Assembly: GCA_964016885.1 (NCBI GenBank) | Contig: OZ024740.1 | Span: 324,632,001 to 324,696,000 of the forward strand | DNA: 64,000 bases | Direction: 5' to 3' | Source: Eledone cirrhosa | Lineage: Eukaryota | Shown: piece after piece, positions 57,961 to 64,000 of the stretch | How positions within the stretch are numbered: the stretch's first letter is position 1 | Layout of the letters: each line of letters begins with the position of its first letter | The notes under the pieces: model-generated | What the model saw: only the letters and a program-made list of their open reading frames with translations | The model's database searches: none | Told to the model about the DNA's origin: nothing | Position numbers and translations under genes: made by a program

Positions 57961-58005
<45 letters not shown>

Positions 58006-58056
58006 TATACATACACACACACAAATATACTTCCATTACATGTATGTATATATATA

Positions 58057-58150
<94 letters not shown>

Positions 58151-59267
58151 CGTGTTTGATATGATATGATTAAGCGAAAAGTCCAGCCAGACATTTCGTT
58201 ACGCTTTTCAAAGCATCAAGTTTTAACAACATCGTAAATATATTTATATATTTAACTATATTTATTTAACTCTCATTATATTTCTTATAACCTCCCGGTG
58301 TGTTAGCAAACCCTTGCATAGTCTTCGGTAGTTTAATGGGTTTTCTAGAGAAGGGAAAGTGGGAAGGTGCGGGAAGAGGAAGAGGCAAATCGATCCACTC
58401 GTTTGTAGTGTTGGACCCCCACCGATTGCGACGATGAATGTTCCAGTTATTATGAGCAGCCGAACGACCTGCTCGTGAAATTAACAGGTAAGGGTCTGGG
58501 GGTTCTACTGACGCATGTATTCTTAACGTAATTCTCAGGGAGATTCAGTATAACACTGTGTGTCAAAGTTGACACCTTGAATTGCAGACAGGCTCAATGA
58601 GACGCAGTATGAATAAAAGGTACAGTTCATTTTGTATCATAGTACAAGTGGTTGAACATTCCACGAGCACGTGCACCTTTAACGTAATTTTCAGGAAATG
58701 ATGAGGCTGGCCTATTGAGTTACAGCTTCAACTCCTTTTTGCTAGCTACGTGGACTGGAGCAACATGAAATAAAATGTCTTGATAAAGAAGACAATGCTC
58801 ATCCAGGAATCGAACGCAGCAGAATACAATTATGAGCTGAACACGGTAACCACTATGCCACGTGTCTTCAGCAAATGGATCCATATTTAAGCAGAAATGA
58901 TTAGGATTCTGATAAATTTCATAAATGTTGCTCTAGTGGGACTAAGGTGGACGTCGGTAGAGTTTGGTAGGTATATCGGTACATTTAGCTGTATATTTGG
59001 ACAGTTAACATTTCCGTAAAGTGTTATTAAAGAACGGTTAAAGAACAGTTAAAGGAAATATTGACACCTTTTTCGTTATGGGTGAAAAATATAGTTTGGT
59101 ATAATAAATACATTTGGATGTTTGTAATGGTGGTAAAGAAGAGGAAAAGGATATTAAGGCTATCAGAAAATAGGGATACAAACTCATGTATTGACACGCA
59201 CACACACACTCACGCACACATACACACACTCACTCACACACGCACATATATGTATATATGTATATAA

Positions 59268-59304
<37 letters not shown>

Positions 59305-59368
59305 CGCATCTATATACATGTATGAGCGCGTGTGTGTGTACTTGTACGTATGCATGGCTCTGTGTGTA

Positions 59369-59491
<123 letters not shown>

Positions 59492-61095
59492 GGAGAGAGG
59501 GGAGGGGAGGGAGATATATAGATAAACAAACACACATAGGCACATACAAAATATCTGATAAAATATTTCCCAGCATTAGGTCCAATATTTCTCTCATCAT
59601 TAGGGGAGAGGGAAAGAGAATATTAAACCACTTTGCCACAGTACATATATAGCGGTTGGGTCAGTGCAAATAATATAGCAAGGAGCGTAACAAATTGTTT
59701 TACCATAAATGGAAGAGACAAACATTGCTGCGTCTCAGAAAATATATTTAAGAAAAGTGTACTGACGAGTTCTCCCGTTTAAATAACTGTTAATGGTTAA
59801 TATTTTATAGTTTGCTTCAGAATCATAAAGTCGTACGTTCCATTCTTGTGGCATCTTAAGAAAGTGTCATTTATCATAGCATCAGTTGGCTGCAAGACTT
59901 CTCAGTGAAATTGTGGTTAGAGAAACTCTTTGGAAGTCCATCAGATGGACTGTACATGTTATTCAAAGAGTCAGCCTTGTCATATATGCAGTACATAGTT
60001 GGGTTGAACCGGCTCAATTGAAGGAAATCACAGTGAAAGTTCATTTTAATGGAGTTTCTTCGGGCGATTGGTTTCACAAGCGGTGCCCAGCTGCAAGTAT
60101 ATGCACTTTAGGATAGTGTAATCCAACCATTGCATCGGTTATAGCACTGGATTCTAGCTTTTAAACGGAACATAATTTTAGTGGAGCCAGTGCTGCGACG
60201 GGGACACGTGGGAGTGAGTATCCAAATTCACCCTCCTTCCCAAGCAAGCTTGGTGGGGTTGCCACTTTAGTCGCTGGCGACCCGACCATGCAGAGGTTGT
60301 ACTGGGTTACATGTTACTAGTAGCACTCAAGAGCGACCTGACAACATCTGCCAGGGCGCGGAGGAATTCAGGAGAGTCAACGGCCGTTGACTCTCCAATA
60401 AAGTTTTTTTAATTTTATTTTTCGTGCAGCGAGCGATCTCTCTAGGAGAAAGTCAGTCTGATATAAAACCTGCGATTTCGTTTGCATATAATGGTGTAGA
60501 CCAGTTCTTCTTTTTGGGAAAATGCATGCGATGTTCAGAGTAGGATTGTTCTTGCGCAAAGCCTCTCCTTACTTAAAAAAAGCTTCAAGCAAAAAAGCTT
60601 GATATGTGACATTTGTTGCGATGTTTGGTATTACTGGCCATGGGAAGTCTCTAGCAAGAGTAAACAGCCACGTCTGTGATACTCATATTTAAGTATCAAG
60701 CGAAGGCATTATTCAAAATAATACATACATACATGTAAGTATATATGTGTGTATAATTATATAGGAGAGTGGGATGGCTTTGTGCAGTGCTTTTTCTCAC
60801 TATAAAAGCTTCACGGCACAGGCATTGCTTTATATCTGGAGATCTCTCTTCACTTGTCATCACATGGTACCATGGGCCCAGCACTATGTGTCAATAATTG
60901 TCACAAGTATAGTGTTTGTACCAGAGTTTTCAAGTCGCTGGCTGGACTAAAAAGTCACACTCGTTCAGCGCATCGGTAGGGGTTCTCCTACATGGATATA
61001 AGGTAGTGGCCGTACTCGAAAACGAGTTGGCAGCCACCATATATATATATGTATGTGTGTATGTATGTATGTGTGTGTATTTGTTTATGTATGTT

Positions 61096-61134
<39 letters not shown>

Positions 61135-61266
61135 CTCTATCTATCTATCTATCTATATAGAGATAGATAGATATACACACACACATACATTGACGCGGTC
61201 TCAGTTACCCACTCAGAATTTATGCAGATATAACTTTATCATATACTGCGGTTACTTAGCGCACTT

Positions 61267-61357
<91 letters not shown>

Positions 61358-61363
<6 letters not shown>

Positions 61364-62077
61364 TGATAATAATGGGGCTGCGGCGCTGCAAATGGGTTAC
61401 ATATGAAAAAGTTTGTCCTCATCAGTGGCCATCCAACCGTCGTAGGCATTTCGTCGCATTAGAGGTCATATATCTCAGGTTGGTGCGAGCAACGGCTAAA
61501 AAAAAGTCGTTGGGACACGTAAATAAGGGGGACGCTAGGGTAAACAAACAAAATGGTTTAAGCAGCAGAAAGTAATGAAGAAGGAAACAAGTCCCAGATT
61601 TCTATGAATATAAATTCGGTGAAATCGTGAACGAGAGAATAAAGACCATCAAACCTGGTTGAAATGTGAGCAAGGAAGGAATTTCGCACAGGTCTAACGG
61701 GAGGAAGAAGGGGTCTGGTCTACGAATTCGGTAAACATAAGTTCTGTGAAGTCGCAGACGAGAGAGAGAGAGAAAAAAAATTCATACGGGCTTGGCCAAG
61801 TGCCCGCGAGAAAAGGAATACCGACAGGTCAAACGGGAAGAAAGGGGAGGAGGAGAGGTAGTGACAGAGAGTGAGTGAATGAAAGGTGAGGAAGAGGCTA
61901 ACAAAGAGAGAGACTGCTAGAAAGGGTAAAGACACAAAGAACGAAACAGACTGGTGGCAGCAGAGGAAAAATATATGTGTAAATATGATAATAATGGAGC
62001 TGCGGCGCTGCAAATGGGTTACATATGAAAAAGTTTGTCCTCATCAGTGGCCTTCCAACCGTCGTAGGCATTTCGTC
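61358..62077. repeat. About 97-bp near-identical direct repeats (61358-61455 and 61981-62077) flanking about 525 bp
   Basis: aaatatgataataatggRgctgcggcgctgc...cgtcgtaggcatttcgtc occurs twice. Confidence 0.9.
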
Positions 62078-62496
62078 ATAAGATCAAAAGATGGTTAAAA
62101 GAATTCCATGTATTTTAGTATGTGCATTTCAAAGACAAATATCATCATGGGATGATATTTGCGTTCTCATCAGATAAAATAGGGAGACATGATATGAAGC
62201 TTAAAAAACACTTGCGAGCAGTGAAGGGTTAAATCAATATTTATATATTGATTTAACACTTCACTGCTCGCAAGTGTTTTTTAAGCTTCATATCATGTCT
62301 CCCTATTTTATCTGATGAGAACGCAAATATCATCCCATGATGATATTTGTCTTTGAAATGCACATAATAAAATACATGGAATTCTTTTAACCATCTTTTG
62401 ATCTTATATTATTTATACTCCAGTCCTATAAACTGTGGAGTGCTACTTATCCGATATTTGCATTGCTTTATTGTGCTACAATAAAACTCACCTCCT

Positions 62497-62498
<2 letters not shown>
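62078..62498 (+). mobile_element. Family H hammerhead-bearing fold-back unit
   Basis: About 160-bp inverted arms (62078-62240 and 62245-62407). Hammerhead at 62304-62374; conserved hairpin at 62417-62441. Confidence 0.9.
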
Positions 62499-62551
<53 letters not shown>

Positions 62552-64000
62552 CTAATGTATATGTATATATGTATATGTGTTTGTGCATGTATGTGTATAT
62601 ATACATAATATTTGACTTTGTACATTGTTAATATATCCAATAACTTACGGACATTTTGTAGCTAACGAAGCGAGTGTTATATTGGTCGTAAATTATAATG
62701 ATTGGATGGGAAGAACAGGGAATTAACCAGGCACAGCTGGTCAATATTGTGTGTACATGTATACTCACAAACTTATAGATACAGATACACATACACTCAC
62801 ACACAAGCACAGGCCCACTTACACACACTGATACGCTCACACACTCACACACTACTCGCACACAAACAGGCACACAAACACAGGCTCACTAACACATACT
62901 CAGACACAGGCTCAAATACACTACCACACAGATATACACGCATGCACACACACACACACACACACACAAACATATATATATATATGTGTGTGGGGTGTGT
63001 GTGTGTGTGGTGTGTGTGTATGTGTGCAAACGTGCATATGTGTCTGTTTGTTCCTCTGTAAGTAACTGAGTCTCTTTTTGTGTATGCGTTTCTCTCTGTG
63101 TGCGCGTGTGACTGCATGTTTGCGAGTATGTCTCTCTTTGAATCCATATTGGATCAAACGAATTAACAAACAAGCGGCCGTGTTTATTCCGGCTCATTGC
63201 TTTCTGAGTTCAAATCGTCCTCTGGCCTACTTGGGCAACAGACCTAATCCTCCGTCTTCTGGTTTAGCACTACTACTACCACCACCTGGTCCTTGGGTGC
63301 CTTTTATGGAGTTTGCTTTGGTGCAAGATTTCAGACAAGTTCTCCGGTTGGAGAAAAACCTTTTCCACTATCTCACTAGTCTCTTACCTCTCTGACTCCT
63401 TTTTTTCCGACTCGTAACTCCTACTTGAAGTTTAGGGGAGCGATAGTAACATACGGCGGTCCTCAAGCATTTGTTAAACTTGGCGGAGCCCATCTCGTCT
63501 TTCAGGCCTGAACACAGCTGATGTCTTGCAGAAAAGGAGAGAGAAATTGAAAAAGCGGGTGTGAGAAAGAGATATCGAGGAAAAATTGATTCTAGTACTG
63601 GACTCGTACCTTTCTTTTTTAACAAACGGGAAAGGATGAGAGGCAAAGTTGACCCAACGAGATTTGAACACAGTGAGGGCAGAGAGGCAGAACAAATACC
63701 CTAAAGTATTCTGTCCGACGTTCTAGCAACTCTGTCAATTGTGAAATTAGTGGATCTATATAAGTGTAACTCCATGCAACATCTACGAAAATGTTCAATA
63801 GAGCTGTATAAAGTGTCTACCAATGAAAATCAAAGTGTTTTTATGTGTATAAACGCATACAGTAGTAGTAAGTTATTCAGGAATAATAAACACAACCACA
63901 AGGATATGGTGCGAACACGGAAGAGCCGAACTCCCACTGTCATCGACTCCATCTCTTTCGCCCTCCTCATCTCTCTGTGTGGTGAGCAAATGGGGTCCCA

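Larger units (their letters stand above)
56391..57963 (-). mobile_element. 5'-truncated Penelope-like element with inverted pseudo-LTRs (family K)
   Basis: 56391-56880 is the reverse complement of about 57432-57922. The repeats enclose a GIY-YIG ORF, with (TA)n flanks. Confidence 0.9.

Noticed and set aside
56391-57963. TIR DNA transposon or homing endonuclease
   Set aside because: The ORF is a PLE-type GIY-YIG domain and the repeats contain a hammerhead-like motif. No transposase is present.
59874-60116. Overlapping short ORFs in unique-looking sequence
   Set aside because: No recognisable motif or convincing splice signals.
61410-61455. Possible type II hammerhead on the minus strand (GAAA...CUGAUGA) in the direct repeat
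   Set aside because: Stems II and III do not pair.

Overview
AT-rich, microsatellite-dense metazoan genomic DNA. The repeat content looks like a coleoid cephalopod (octopus), which is an inference only. I found no host protein-coding gene I can support, and almost all ORF-track entries are translated (TA)n/(CA)n/(GA)n/(GTT)n microsatellites. The recognisable coding remnants are all retroelements: three Penelope-like element (PLE) fragments with GIY-YIG endonucleases (two bracketed by inverted terminal repeats), a Dong/R4-type RLE LINE, a Tx1/L1-type LINE, RTE and CR1/L2-type fragments, two Gypsy remnants, and many tRNA-derived SINEs. The most striking feature is a population of at least 10 sequence families of short (100-650 bp) units inserted into (TA)n tracts. 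Most carry a type I hammerhead-ribozyme fold, several with non-canonical cores. Most are fold-back (inverted) duplications whose turning point lies in or near the ribozyme. Many share a covarying bulged hairpin (RCUC-stem-loop-stem-UY-GAGY) about 40-75 nt before the 3' (TA)n junction. All folds were assigned by eye and none has been tested.
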